From Takakia lepidozioides (taxonomy: Eukaryota; Plantae; Bryophyta): a stretch of DNA of 64,000 nucleotides. Under the pieces are notes generated by a model. That model made no database searches, was not told where the DNA came from, and was given only the letters and a program-made list of their open reading frames with translations. A program made the translations under genes and the position numbers. Location of the stretch: positions 33,728,001 through 33,792,000 of the forward strand of contig CM060731.1 of assembly GCA_030704615.1 (NCBI GenBank), read 5' to 3'. How positions within the stretch are numbered: position 1 is the stretch's first letter; each line of letters opens with the position of its first letter. This document shows, piece by piece, positions 25,168-38,149 of this stretch.

Positions 25168-28100
25168 TTACTGTTTCCGAGTAGCAACCCTTTGTGAGTG
25201 AGCACCTTGTTGACGTTGAGAGTTTCGTGGCGGGCTGTGTGTACGAGCCCGAGGTCTGTCTCTGGTTGACGGAGATGGTTGATCACTACCTGGATAAGTG
25301 AGGCCTTCTGGAGGCTGATATCGAGGTAATCTTTCCGGCATAGGAGATCCCCTTTGTTTCTTCTCTTCCATCTGAATTGCATAGTCTTCTTCCATGTCAA
25401 AAGAATTTTGTGAAGAAACAGTTGTATCAGAATCCTCATCGCCTCTCAGGTGTTTTAATTTTCGAACTTTTTGTGGAATCATCTGGGGCATACAATGCTG
25501 TCCTACCATGTCTGGAAGTTTGCATTTTACGACCTGGTGTAACCGTTGAACAGCAAAATTGGTGTAGACACTGAGCTCCTTGTCTGTCCAAATGAGTGGG
25601 GTACCAATTACTGGTGCAGCGTGCAAGTATTTCCATGCGATATGTCCCTTATAGAAAATGTCATCAAGTCCGAATTTCTGTGTTGACAAATTGTTGCAGG
25701 CTGCTTGAAACCATGAACGAATTTGAGAATCCTTTTGTATCATAACTTTTGGGTCATATAGGTACATATGAGGTGGCACCGAAGGTAATACCCAATGATC
25801 TCCACTGGAGTAACTTTGAAAGCGTGCTTGCATCTTTTGTTGCTCAATGTGGTAACGTATCAGAAAACAAGCAGCGTAGTATAGCCCGCACCCCATGACA
25901 ATACTTGCTATCTCCTTGGTCTTGGTATAAATGAGTCCATGTACAACCTGGAAAGCAACCAATTCCCTCAACATGGTACCTGCCTCGTGCCAGTATTGTG
26001 CAAAGTGATGATCTTCAATATGTCGATTGTTTGGAAGAACTTTAGTCCTGGTTGCCACTGGCAGCCAAATACGCATGATTTGGTAGTAATGTGCGAATGA
26101 CTGCGGAGGACTAAATTCTTTCCAAGCCAAATCCAACATGATGGGAATTTGGTTGAAGGGCATAATCATAGCCCTACTGTACTCCCTGGCAGCTGGAGTT
26201 TTAGGTGGGTTAAAAGCTGCATTGCCCCATACCTCCGGCTGTGGTGGCTGTGGTGTGGTTGTAGTAACCACAGGTTCAGCTACTGGTACAGTGACCTGTT
26301 GTGGTGGTGGTGGTACTGGTTCCTGTACCATTGGCATCTCCTGCACCTCCTGTGAAGACTGAAAAGCCAGAGTTCTGGCTTGCAAATAAGAAGCCATTAG
26401 CTGTTCCTGAGGGATATAGACTCTTTGGTCGATGTTTGAAGTGAGGTCTTCCACTTGAGTCTGGAGTCCGTCTACATCCTCTTGTAACTCTGCTATCCTA
26501 CTATAGACATTGTCTATAGTAGTTGTGGCAATGTTCTGCACCTGCAGTCTAAGCTCATTCATCTCGCTTTGGGTGAGCTTCCGTGGGGCTTTGCCCTCTA
26601 CTGGCCCTTGTGCTAACCAGACCTGCATAAGGCTGTTATCCACCAAGCTGCTTGTGGTTCCCCTGAGAGTTTGCTCCTCTCTTAGCTTATACAATTCCAA
26701 CTGCTGTTGTAAAGCCTCCATGCGCTTCGCCTGTGGCTCAACCAATTGCGCATAGGCAGCAAGTAGATTATTGGCTTCCTTCGAAGCCTTGTTACTGACC
26801 GCGATTTCATTTCTATTGGCCACGATGGTTTGTTGCAACTCCACGATGTATTTCTCTTGCTCAGCTTCCATCTGCCTGTATTGCTTGAAAGTATCTTCAT
26901 TGCGACAGATTGTATTCTTCATATCGACAATGAGCTTCATGTGCTCCACATTCTCTTCTTCTGCCTTCGTACATTTTTCCGCTTGACTGTTTATTTCTTT
27001 TGTTGATTGGTCAAGCATAGTTGTAAATGTAGCGCATTGTATCGTCATCCTGTTATGCACTGTCTGCAACTCCGTATGTAGTACATTCAGTTCTTGCAAC
27101 TTGCTTTCATGCTGCACCTGCATTTGATATAGCTGTTGCTTATGTGCTTCGTGCAACTGGTCTTGCGCGAGGCCTGCCTCAATCAATTGTTGCTTGGCCA
27201 ATTGCAAAGCCATTTCTGTATTGGCCAAGTCCTGCTTCATCTTGAGATTTACCTCTGCATCGACCTTGTTTGCACACTCAGTGGCAAGTCGAGCCTCAAA
27301 CTCCTTCCTGAGTTCCTCTTTCAAGGCTGTCAATTGGGTAATTGGAACATGGGTTTTGACATAAGTCCCCAACAAATTAAGTGTCCTGCCTATGGAACTC
27401 ATCAGCATTGCCTGTTGAGGGTCATCATGGTGAGGTTGCTGCTGTTCCTCCTGATCTTCAACAGTATGATGTCTCACTAACCATTCAGACCATTGTCCCA
27501 CCGGATTTTCTTCCTGAACTACTTCATTTATGACCGGTGCTACAGTGTCATGGCCTTCCGCCTGTGGTACCTCCGACACAGGTGTGTGCATTATATGTAC
27601 CTCAGGATTTCTCTTGGGCAACTGTTGCACCTCTGGGATTTCTGTCTCCTTGACCAGACCAGAATATTCATAGAGAAGGTCCCATTTCTCTATTTCTGCC
27701 ACTATTTGTTCTGTAGTTGGAATATCTATCCCTTCACTTTCCAAATCAATTATTTCGGGTTGAGCTGCATGGATAACTTGTGACCTTGTGACAAGTCGTT
27801 CAAGTGGCTGTGTTGGTTGTGATGCAGAAGTAACTTCTTCCTCCCTCTCTGAAGGTCCTGCTTCCAGTAATAACATTCTTTTGTGCTGCTGTGCCCCTTC
27901 CTGGTCATGAGCTTGGGAAACATTATCATGCGGAATCCGTGAAGCCAGTGGATCTGCCACTACAGTCTTTCCCCTTCTCTGCCTCTTAGTCTCGGGTTGT
28001 GCTGCTAGTCCACCTTCACTGTGTGAAGAGCCTTGGTCTTCCATTGCAGTTGTTTCTGGCTCAAACACTCCCATTTCCTTCCTTTCTTGTGCATTAAGTA

Positions 28101-28715
28101 TGCGAGAATCAAGGATTATTTGAGCAATGATTGGGCCAGACACTATGATAGGAGATTTTGCGGTAGTACCTTGTAATCTTTTCATCTCCTCTACCAGTGC
28201 GTTGTACATTATGTCCGCCCATTGTACCTCTTGTCCCTTCAAGCCTTTGAGGATTTCCTCTGTGAAGGATCTGCTCAAATATTGTTGGTTCTGTTTCAGG
28301 GCAATCAGAACGTTCAATACTTGGCCTATGTCTTTTAACCCTGGGTACACAGCTTTGGTACAAGCATAACCCTGAGTTTTAAAGAAACTCCCTTCTTGGA
28401 ATAAATCCCCTATTTGCAGTCTTTCCCTGTGTTCCTCCACATACACATGACCTGCTGGCAATCGAAACAATTGCTGGAGGTATAGGGGATCATTAATTCA
28501 ACTCCCTTCACCGTTGTTGTTCCTGTCTTTGGCTCAAAGTTCTGCAAAAATTGTAACATGTACTGTCTATGGTGTAGTGTCCAATCCATGCTTTGCAATC
28601 CTTCCAATCTCAGCTCCTTCAGTATCTTTATCGCCTGTGGGGTAGCCATCGTTTGTTTCTGCAGAATTGTGGTGCTCTTCACCCTGATTTCCTCCATTCC
28701 TCTTACTCTCTTCAT
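25168..28715 (-). CDS. Retrotransposon extra (env-position) ORF, ~1180 aa, with one frameshift near 28490
   Basis: 1100-aa open frame plus an upstream part. N-terminal plant-transposon-type domain (QFLQNF...TVKGVEL...FRLP...GQEVQWADIMYNAL), long coiled coil and conserved C-terminal domain. Lies between integrase and PPT, same strand as pol. Confidence 0.85.
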
Positions 28716-29404
28716 CTTAGACTCACAGAACTGCTTTGGCTGTAACAACTGCAGGAATGCCTGTAGTGCACAAAGCATAAACGTATGGTTGCCGCAGAAA
28801 GCTATGGGTAATCTCTTGTAAGCCTGCGGGGCTTGCAAGCATTGCTCAAGAGAAAAGCTCTGCTCTGTCGTTTCGTGTCTATGCCACTGCGTAAGTAATA
28901 TTGCGAGCGTATAGTCTGTTAGTTCCTCCATAGTTTCCAAGTTATAGCATTTATGGCCTGTCCTGTCGAGACGCCCGTTACTCAGAACGACGCCGCCTCT
29001 TGCGCTCAATTTCCCTCCATTTTCTTGATCATTTTTCTGGTTTTCTATTGGCTGTATCTGCTGTGACTGGATTTTAACTTTTATCTTCTTTAGTAGACTT
29101 TCCCTGTTGGATAGTCCACTAGGATCACACATGCGACATGAATTCGGCTTTTGTGTACTTGCCGTTCGTTCCGTTTCCCTTTTTCCGTATTCATTAATGG
29201 GCCCGCCTTTCATCCCTTTTGACGGCCGTTCTTGTCCTCTTTCTTTTTGACACCTGTCCTTGCACTTCATTCTCTGCTGTGTGTCGCACCCTGACCTCCA
29301 CGTGTCTATTTTTAAATTAATTTCCGTTTCTTCTTCCTTCAGCCATTTTCCTGAAGTTTTTATGTGTCCACTTGTCACTGATTCTATGGATCGTGTAACT
29401 TTAG

Positions 29405-29688
29405 TAGGCTGTGTTGAGCTGTGACAGGCTGTGTCATACTGTGTTATGCTGTGATAGGCTGTGTTGCACTGTGGTAAGCTGTGATAGGCTGTGACACGCT
29501 GCGGTAGGTTGTGATAGGCTGTGTTGTGCCTTGCTGGGTTGTGGTTGGCTGTGTCACGTCGTGACGGGCTGTGGTAGGCTGTGGTAGGCTGTGTCACGCC
29601 GTGCTGGGCTGTGATTGGCTGTGTCACGCCGTGATGGGCTGTGATAGGCTGTGTCACGCCGTGATGGGCTGTGATAGGCTGTGTCACG
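29405..29688 (+). repeat. 27-bp tandem repeat between integrase and the extra ORF
   Basis: (GGCTGTGATAGGCTGTGTCACGCCGTGATG)-like units built on the same GGCTGTG core as the LTR repeats. Confidence 0.85.
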
Positions 29689-29799
29689 TTTGTTTTGCCC
29701 ACCCCGGCCGTATATACTGGGCCTAGCGACAAGTGTTCCATACTCCGTTCGTAACACTGGTGCAGCCCGTGACTGCTCTTGCGGTTCAACATGCAAATC

Positions 29800-30445
29800 A
29801 TGCTGCAGTGGTTTGTCATGGATACCACTGTACCCCTTCAACTTATTTGCATTGACTCTTCCCAGCATTTCTTTGTTAATGGTTTGTAACATGGCTGTGT
29901 TGTTATCATACATCTTTTGTATGACATAAGGTCCTTTCCATGGTGATTTAAGCTTAGAAGCTTGAATCTTTCCTTTCTTTTGCAACCATAGAACCAAATC
30001 CCCCGTCTTAAAAGTCTTTAACTTGCCTTCATCAAACTGTTCCTTTCTCTTCATCTGAATTCTGGTCATATTATCAGCTGCATCAGCACGTACTTCTTCC
30101 ACATGGTATAATTCATGTTTCCTGACCTTGATGGAGTCTTGCAATTCCATTCTTTTTCCCCACTCCGTTCTCATGGTAGGTAACAGGAATTCCACTGGAA
30201 GTAAGGCTTCCATACCATAAACTAATTGGAATGGTGTATACTTTGTGGTGACTTTATACGAAGTCCTGTATGACCATAAAGCTGTCAGCAGCTTTGTATC
30301 CCAATCCGTTCTGTTTGCATTGACTATCTTAGCCAAGATAGTACATAGTATTTTGTTGGTAGCCTCTGCCTGTCCATTACCCTGTGGGTAATATGTTGTA
30401 CTCTTTCTATGCACAATCATAAACTCTTTAGTCAATAACTCAATG
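29800..30445 (-). pseudogene. Ty3/gypsy integrase C-terminal half, 5' truncated
   Basis: HRKSTTYYPQGNGQAEATNK...WDTKLLTALWSYRTSYK..TKYTPFQLVYG...KLKSPWKGPYVI (GPY/F motif). Confidence 0.92.
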
Positions 30446-30479
30446 TGTACGAGAACATACTTACACGATTTGGACGTCC

Positions 30480-33400
30480 CTTAGAATTTATCAGTGATCA
30501 AGGAAGTCACTTCATGAATGAGACATATTCACAAAATCAGGACATGTGCAATTGGGGAAATTGGAAACCGTGATGTCGTAGGCCCTGTCATGAACATCAG
30601 ATGTCAAAGCGATCATTGTGTACACCCGACCATATCCTAGATCGGGCACTTCCGTGGTACTTCCAACACGAGCTTGGAGCATTCTTGCGGACTCCACTTT
30701 GTCAAAGTGTTCAGCGGTTAGGGAAACGCCGAACGAGCTTTCCATCTCGTTTGGTTGGCCACAAGTGAGGATTTGCCGGAGGGACCCGAGAGGACGCAAA
30801 AGTAGTAGCACATGCATGCAATTGGGGTTGTCTCGCAAGGGAAAAGTCTGCCTCCTCTAGCATTGCAATCTCCTGACTTGTGAGATGTGTTCCCACCTTG
30901 ACGGGCCAAACAGTTGGAGGAGTTGGCTTCATCACTACGGAAGGACGTACAGTTCCATGCACACATCTGCCACAATCATCTGCGCAGAACCAAAACTTGT
31001 GGTTCTTGGCGTCTGGTTGTCAGTATGGACGCATCAAACCCATGACAGTTGGAGCAGGAGTCCGGGCACCACCTCTGGATATAGATGAAATGCACTTCTC
31101 AACATTAGTTGCCCTGATCGCTGTACATTTCACATAAGACCCTGCACTTGTGCATTCTATGTGCCAAACGTGGTCGGGGCATGCGGACTCAAGCACATCA
31201 AGGGGGTTGTTTCTCTCCTGCATCATTTCAGTGGCACTGTTTGATGCTGGAGCTTGCCGTCGTGTTGGAGGTTCCTCCAGAATGGAAGTTCCGGACATGG
31301 ATATGTCATGCAGGGGAACACGAGGCTTCGAGAAGTTATTACAATCTGCCCTCTGCGAATCGGAATCCGAACCAGGTGGAGTGTTCAATTTCCTCTTACA
31401 CGAGCCGAATCTCTCATCCCCTTCAAGATGTGGAACTCTACAAACAAGTGGCGTTCCCTGGGCATACATGCTCACCGCCCGTGCTGTCTTGCTTAGATCC
31501 CCATATCTGTTTGCAGCACGCAACATCAACTCCAATAACCCTTGCCACCAACCCTACCTCGCAAGAAATCACGGTATCGGGTTTGTTGTTGCAAGGCACG
31601 TATCAGATCATCTGTTGTTGCCACATACAAATCCCGACCTCGTTTCCCATACTGTTGCAACCATGCGTTGTGTATAGTCTCTGCCAAATTGCAAGATGGC
31701 ATGTCCGCCATTTCCTCAATGGACATGTTCTGCAAAGTGGAGAACCACACTTCAGAACAGTGCATAGGAAACAACATAAAGAAAGCAAGGAGTCAAAAAT
31801 ATGGAAAGTAAATGTATGAATAAAGCAAGAAATAGAAACCTTGTACCATTGTCATGGCTGCTCCCCACTGTCTGTACCGGAAGTGCCAAAACGCCAGCCA
31901 ATCTTCCAATGCTCTCATACTCTCAAGCGATGCAGCTCCAGAAGAGAACCACTAGGCACGAATTGTCTGGAACAAAGTGTCCGCCTTGTAGTGTGAATGC
32001 AGGGGAGTGAACATTACATATGTTTACCATTACGACCTACATCACTATGACGGGAGTGCCCGTCATCCCAACTGCAGAAAGGATGTATCCCTTCATGTAG
32101 GTAATTTCATGAGCGCACTGAGCTTATGCTTTGCCAGGAGAAAATGGCTAAGTCATGACGGTACACATTTTCATCCATGCGATGAACGTTTTCATCACTG
32201 GTTCTTGACCTAAAAGATCGCGGGTTGAGAAAAACGAAGAGGAAGATGACGGATGGCTCGTAACGGCTGTTGCAAGCAGTGGTGTCGGCAGGGCAGCCTG
32301 TGTTAGGAGGTTGTACCTGCGCGGTGGGATCTTGCTTGGCTTAGGAAGCGGCATTAAGACGCCTCTGCTTGGTATTCTGTGTAGAAAGAAGCGGTGCCGC
32401 CTCTCTCGTAGTGATGATCAATTCCAAGAGATAGAAGCATGTAAGGAAAGCGGCGCACCACCACTGCCGCCAGTGCATTGAAGATGATAGTTATGGGCAG
32501 ATGAGCAAGCAAGGAAAAGGCCAGCTGCTGAAAGCACAGGGAAGAGAGTCTGGGCACAATCAATGGGGGGAGGTAAAGCATGTGGAGTGCTGGCTGTATG
32601 GTATCTCAGGTTCTCTGTCATTAAGCTTCTACCTGCTTTGTGTCTCCTTGTTATATGACCAGGCCAATTCGAGAGGAAGAATTGCATAGCGTAATCTGGT
32701 TGTCAGGCCACAGGATGGTCCAAGTGAAGAAGGGGAGCCATCATGGCGTCATAAGGTCTGGAATCAAGACAAAGAGAAAGGGTTGAAGTGGTTGCTGACG
32801 GGCGATGGCAAGGTGCCACCTTGACAGGCAGACCCGCCGCTTCACTAGTGGATAAAAACAGATAAGTCGATGAACAGTGGCTTCTTTTTGGTGGACTTAG
32901 AAATTGCTTTGGTAGATTTAGGACTGCCATCTTGGCAGAAGAGAAAAGGTGGAGACGTGTGACAAGAAAAAGTTTTTGAAATGGGAATGGAGACTCTGGA
33001 CTTCAGACCAGAACGTGGAAAGGATGGATGCACCTGATGTTGTGATGACAGTGAGAGAAATAAGTGAAGAGAGAGAGAAAGAGAGAGCCTGTTCGTCACT
33101 GAATTCAGAATGGTCACTGTTGTCTTCATTCTTGCATTCTGATTCAATGTCATAAACCTGGACACCATGCTGCCGTGTGTAGTGATAACCTGGAACCAAT
33201 GTAGATCTGGCTTGTTTGTTTGGAGAGATCAATGATGGTTAGCTGGAGCTGCAAAAAAACATGGAAAGGATAAGGTGATTTCAGTATGGGATCAGGATCT
33301 GAACAACTGCGTTCCACAGTTGAAGGGAAAAGAGGGATGTTGGGGTATTTGGGTTGAAGTTTGACAAAAGAGATGAGAGCTGTTTGAGCGATGGGTCATT

Positions 33401-36019
33401 GGAAAAGGGGACAAGAGAGAGAGAAAGAGAGAGAGACTGATGGATGGGATGGTTGTGTCTTGAGAGACCGAGGATGACTTCAAGGCTGGCCGCACTGGAT
33501 GCCTAGCAGAGTGTGCATTCACATTACATGACAGATCTGCTGCTGTGAAATAGTGGGGAACCTGGGGACATAGACAGAGATAGTGAAACAGACAAAAAGG
33601 GAAAAGAAAGAGAGAGAGTGAAAAATGGGATTTGGGTAAGGAGAGAGCTGCAATTCAAAAGGGCTGTTGGGGGGTTGGCCAATTTGGGGAGATGAGATGA
33701 AGAAAACCTGAAACCTGAAAGAAACCAGTGCCCCTGCAGACCATGAAGATCTGAGCTGCCTCCTCCTAAATCTGTGTCACCACTACAAAAAGGGGATTTC
33801 CGACCTGTCACTGCTCGAGTGGGCTTCACATAAAGGATCGTGTTTACCGCTGCCATTGGGCTGATTTGCATCACTGAATACATCGCACCAGCATAGCTGG
33901 TGCTGTACCTGCTGATAGGGGATGTTGTGTAAAAGGTAGAACCAAGAGTGAACAACAAATTGACTCCCCATCCATGTCTTCCCTTCCGCTGCGGCGTGGA
34001 TGAGGATTGCTTGAACTCTGATCACGAAGGAGCTGAGGGAAACCCACAGCCAAGTGACGATAGTTGGACAGATTAGAAAGAACGCTTCTTTCCTTTTGCT
34101 CCGCAATCAATGGAGGGGAGCACAATTAGAATTATACAGAAGGGGATTCACGCCCCTTCTTCTCACACTACAGCCTCCTTCATTGTTCTAGCATCTTTGT
34201 ACTATTTGCACAATTTACGGTGCTGAGTCTGCATCTCTGGTTTGATGTCCAACTTTGTATGTTTCTCCAAAGATTGTGTCCAATGGAATGGACATGTACG
34301 CTCTCTTCCTGACATTGTCACTTTTGGGTCGCCCGATCCGAAGACAATTCGAACAACATTGAAATTTGCTTGAGCACTATCCGCCATGAAACCTGCGCAC
34401 CCCATGGCAGCCCATAACATGGGAATTCCACATGAGCTTCTGGGATTCCGTATCCTCGGATTGCATGTCACAAACTACAATTGTTGGTACACTGGATCGT
34501 AGACATGACAAGTCATTGTTGTCCAATCTTTCACTCGTTTCACATGATCAAACATAAGAAAACAATTCTGCAAGTCCCCAGTCTTCTGCATCCGTTTCAC
34601 GAGGCTAACCCCACTGCCATCCCCAACAATCGACATTTTGAAAAGAAATACTTTGATGGCACCTTGACCTGGGAAAACATTGTCCTGGATGTAGTCGTAT
34701 TTGCTTAGTCGTTTCAATTCCAAAATATTGTCTATGTAGCCTCTAATACCAGAGCCCATTCTCAATGCATTGATCTGATGCCAAATGTTAGAAGAACTCA
34801 AAGTGGAGAAATGATCCATGACCAGGTCCAATGCTGCACCGTCAAGTTTAGTCCCCATAGAATCCCCTTCACTCAAAATATGGCTTTCCAAGAAGGACTT
34901 GATTGCGCCAAGAGCAATTGCAGATGTTGTTGCGGATGGGTTTATCTCGTACTCCTGTTTAATCAACCTCGATATTGTCTCAACACTCTCCCTGTAATCC
35001 CCCTTCGAGACAGGATGGTTATGGAAACCGAAATGCACACAAGCTCTTGTCATTGTTTTCAAACGGTGGACAACATAGTACATTCTTGCTTCGCACAGCA
35101 CCCTACAGGATGGCACAAGTTTGCAGAATTTACAAACGAAAGTGTTTGCCGGTGGAGGGGCAGTCCCAGGCTTAAATGGATTTTCCGCCACACCCTCCCA
35201 CTCGCTTTGATTATGAACCCCAGACTGAAGAAAATGTCTGCAATTCAAATTATCACACCTAAGGTGTCCATTGCAAACTGTTCTCCTGAAAACAAGCTCG
35301 TCATCATTTTGAATATTGGATGTTTTTGTTCTGCACCACGGGTGCCCGTCGTGTTTCTTGTCCATTCCATGCATCATGATTGTTACACCTCCAACTTGCG
35401 GAGGAGGAGGCAGCTCGAATAGGATATCGCCATCAAAAGTCTCTGGCAAGAACTTCACAGGCACCTGCTTCAAAGATTCCCAATCAATTCTTCGCAACTC
35501 ACTTTTGAAACCTGCCATTCCTCCCATCGCCCGTAGTTTTGGAATGACACTACAAATCTCTTCTTCATCTGCTTCTCCAACTACAGTAGGAAGGACTGGA
35601 TTTGGAATTTCACCTATGTCATCATCGGACGAATCCGAAAGCTCGACGATTGGAGTGGAGGACGTCTGTTCTTTTTTCACCACCACCTCCTTCTTGTCTT
35701 CAACGATTGAAGCAGCAGTCCCCGGCGTCACATATGATCCAAGGGACTTTTGTCGAGGCTCTGCAAGTACTCTGTATCGACCAGGCCGCACTCTCCACTG
35801 GCTGACATGAGCCGTCTCATCACGGTTTTGGAAAGAGTATTTCAACAACTTCCCTTCTAAATCGTACACCTCTTTCTCCAAAAAGATGGAGCCATTCTTA
35901 AGCTCAAACCGGGTAGCCAAGACATGTTCCAGAACAATTGCGAATCCATTGTCAAGGGCTTCATTGGAGAACGGCACTGGTTTGTCGTCAGAGAAGAACT
36001 CTGCTTCAGAGGAAACCAT
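30480..36019 (-). pseudogene. Near full-length Mutator-like transposase (GCM/WRKY-like Zn domain, DDE, SWIM), interrupted at 31987-34172
   Basis: CNGHLRCDNLNC...CKFC...HNHP; catalytic MFDHVKR, FMADSAQAN and NLAETIH; CxxH motif TCPFHW; GT-AG intron at about 31846-31730; FWFCADD; CTCPDF. The reading frame resumes across the insertion (MKEA|DTLFQ). Confidence 0.9.
31987..34172 (+). mobile_element. 2186-bp TG...CA element (solo LTR or Ginger-like), copy 2
   Basis: Termini TGTAGTGTGA / TCACACTACA. 4-bp TSD GCCT (31983-31986 and 34173-34176). Removing it restores the host transposase frame. Confidence 0.9.
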
Positions 36020-37068
36020 CTTCCCTCCTCTCGTACGAAGATGCCTTGCTATCGCAGATCTTCAGTGAAATCTGTTGACCGAGGTCTCCAGAACACTGTT
36101 GAAGAATGAGCAGAGAATATCGCTGAGAAAGCCCACACGATGATTGTGCACATTCTGTTATTCCTTCCAGACATGCAGCCGTCCATTTTAATTACTTTTT
36201 TTGTGGGCCCTGTAGACAGAGTATCCCTATGAGCAATTTCGTTAGCTGTTAAACCTTTATTCAGAACCTCATCAATAAACATAATAACCAGCCGACTTCT
36301 CGGAAGTGTGCCAAAGGATCTGAGGGTGGGATATGAGATGAAGTGAATGCATCTTTATACTACCACCAACGATCACGCGCACCTAGAAAGTCCAAACTGT
36401 GAAACGAACGTGGGGTTGGCTTACAAGGATGAATGTGTATGTGAAGTTAAATAAACACAGTGTGAAACTAACTAGAATAAAACTAGTTATTTGTATTTAA
36501 CACTTGGATTTAGTTCAAGTGTTAAGTCAGGTGTCAAATTTGAGCTTGACACCTGAACCATCTTATCTTCACGAGAGCGTCAGTCGCGCAGCTCATCTCT
36601 CTCGAGTTGAGCCTGCGCGACCGAGCTCCTTCACGCTTTAGAATTTGAGTGTGCTTATGTAGGGAGTATAGGTTGTTGTGGGGTGGAGTCCCCATAGCTT
36701 GGGGTGCCCCTGGCTCGACTATTATCTTAAAGAGTGATGCTGATGGATTTCATGTTTCTTGTGTTAAGAGTGGGTTTTCAGTTTTCTATCACTCGAGAGA
36801 GATGAGGTGTCTAGTTTGCTAGTGCTAAGCTAGATATGATGTTTTCTGTTTTTAAGCACTATTATAATATAGCTTGGTCACAGGGAGCCTGCAGTTAGAC
36901 TAGCTATGTGTGCCTAGTGGAGCAGAACAGGAAGGCGGAAACCATTTGAAGTGTTGCTGCAACGTTCAAAGCCAACAATAATCAGCCTGGGAGACAAGGA
37001 GGCCTGCCGTGCTCAGTTTATGAGGGCACTCATGCTGCAGCGCGAGAAGGACCATTGGTCGGAATTCC

Positions 37069-37384
37069 CCGTTTTGGCTAGCTGGGCTTGATTTATATTG
37101 GCGACTCGGAGGCGCTCCAAAATTTCGTTGGCAGTGGGTGCTGAGCCGTTCAGGCTATTCGTGTGTGGCTTGAATCTCACCAGCCTGCCTAGCACCTGTG
37201 TCGGGGGCTTGTTACAGCACTGCGTGTATATGCTGGGATTTTTGCAGGTGATGAGTGCCATGCCTGAGTGTTTGGTTTTCTCCATTGGGGCGATTTTACC
37301 GAAGTAGACTTGAATGATGTTATCTTTGCCGAAGGCATCCCTGAGAGCAGCTTCTGTAACCTCCTGGGAATGTAGCGGGTCCAA
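37069..37384 (-). pseudogene. RRM-like fragment, possibly LINE ORF1
   Basis: LHSQEVTEAALRDAFGKDNIIQVYFG...HSGMALITC...VLGRLVRFKPH has an RRM-like pattern. Confidence 0.4.
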
Positions 37385-37402
37385 GCTTTTTACAACAAGC
37401 AG

Positions 37403-37626
37403 GTGGGCTGGACCTGCTGTTTGGGTCTAAGAAGAAACACGAGGTTGATGTGAGCTCCACCAATGGCCACGCCAAGTTGACAGTTGGAATGCTGCTGGTT
37501 TGGATTCGTGACAATCTGCTCAAGGAGAGGCCAGGTGTGCTAGTATTGATCAACGACTGTGACTGGGAACTTTGTGGGTCTCTTGAGGCCATCTTGAAAG
37601 ACAAGGACAGTGTGACATTCATTTCC
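37403..37626 (+). pseudogene. URM1: Ubiquitin-related modifier 1 fragment
   Basis: cag|GGLDLLF...LTVGMLLVWIRDNLLKERPGVLVLINDCDWELCGSL...KDSVTFIS. Lacks the start, the E(M/L)F..GD.VRP segment and the C-terminal TLHGG. Confidence 0.9.
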
Positions 37627-37845
37627 AGGTGACGGACGTGAGAGAGGAGCGGCCGGGCAGGGACCTCGGGGTCATCAAATGGAATGAAATGTCGAGCAAG
37701 TGCTCTCATCCCAAGCGGTGCCCGTGACTACTGCACTATGAACTCTCTTCGTCCTCTAGCAAAAACAGGAGTGACATGGGAGGTGCTACCCCTGACGCCA
37801 GTTGGATGTTCAGCAAACGACTGTGCCTGATTCAATGCTTCCACC

Positions 37846-38149
37846 CTCGTCAATTGCCTGCTGAAAGCACCCAGCAGCTTTCTTGAAAAAATTGTTGGCC
37901 TTGTCAATCTTGTTCACCAAAAATCACTGGGACGTGTAGGCATTACCAATGCACCAGAGTGTATCATGCAACGTGAAGAGCTTCCTCCAGCTTTGACACC
38001 ACATCTACAACCCCCAATATCGTCCAAGACCTCCAGAGATAGAAGGAGCGCATTCCATCAGTGGGGGAGCGAATATAGTCAACAGTTTCCTTCTCACGGG
38101 TCTGCTCAAAGAACATAAGCCACTCAAGCTCCTCCCCTTGCATTTCCAT
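37846..38149 (-). pseudogene. TOM20: Plant TOM20 fragments (two exons)
   Basis: MEMQGEELEWLMFFEQTREK..VDYIRSPTD and ag|VVSKLEEALHV/HDTLWCIGNAYTSQ*FL...ANNFFKKAAGCFQQAIDE. Confidence 0.88.

Noticed and set aside
24742-25184. Cys-rich metallothionein-like ORFs
   Set aside because: These are translations of the LTR minisatellite
28410-29828. 472-aa ORF as a single protein
   Set aside because: Mostly tandem repeat and spacer; only the last ~75-100 codons belong to the extra ORF
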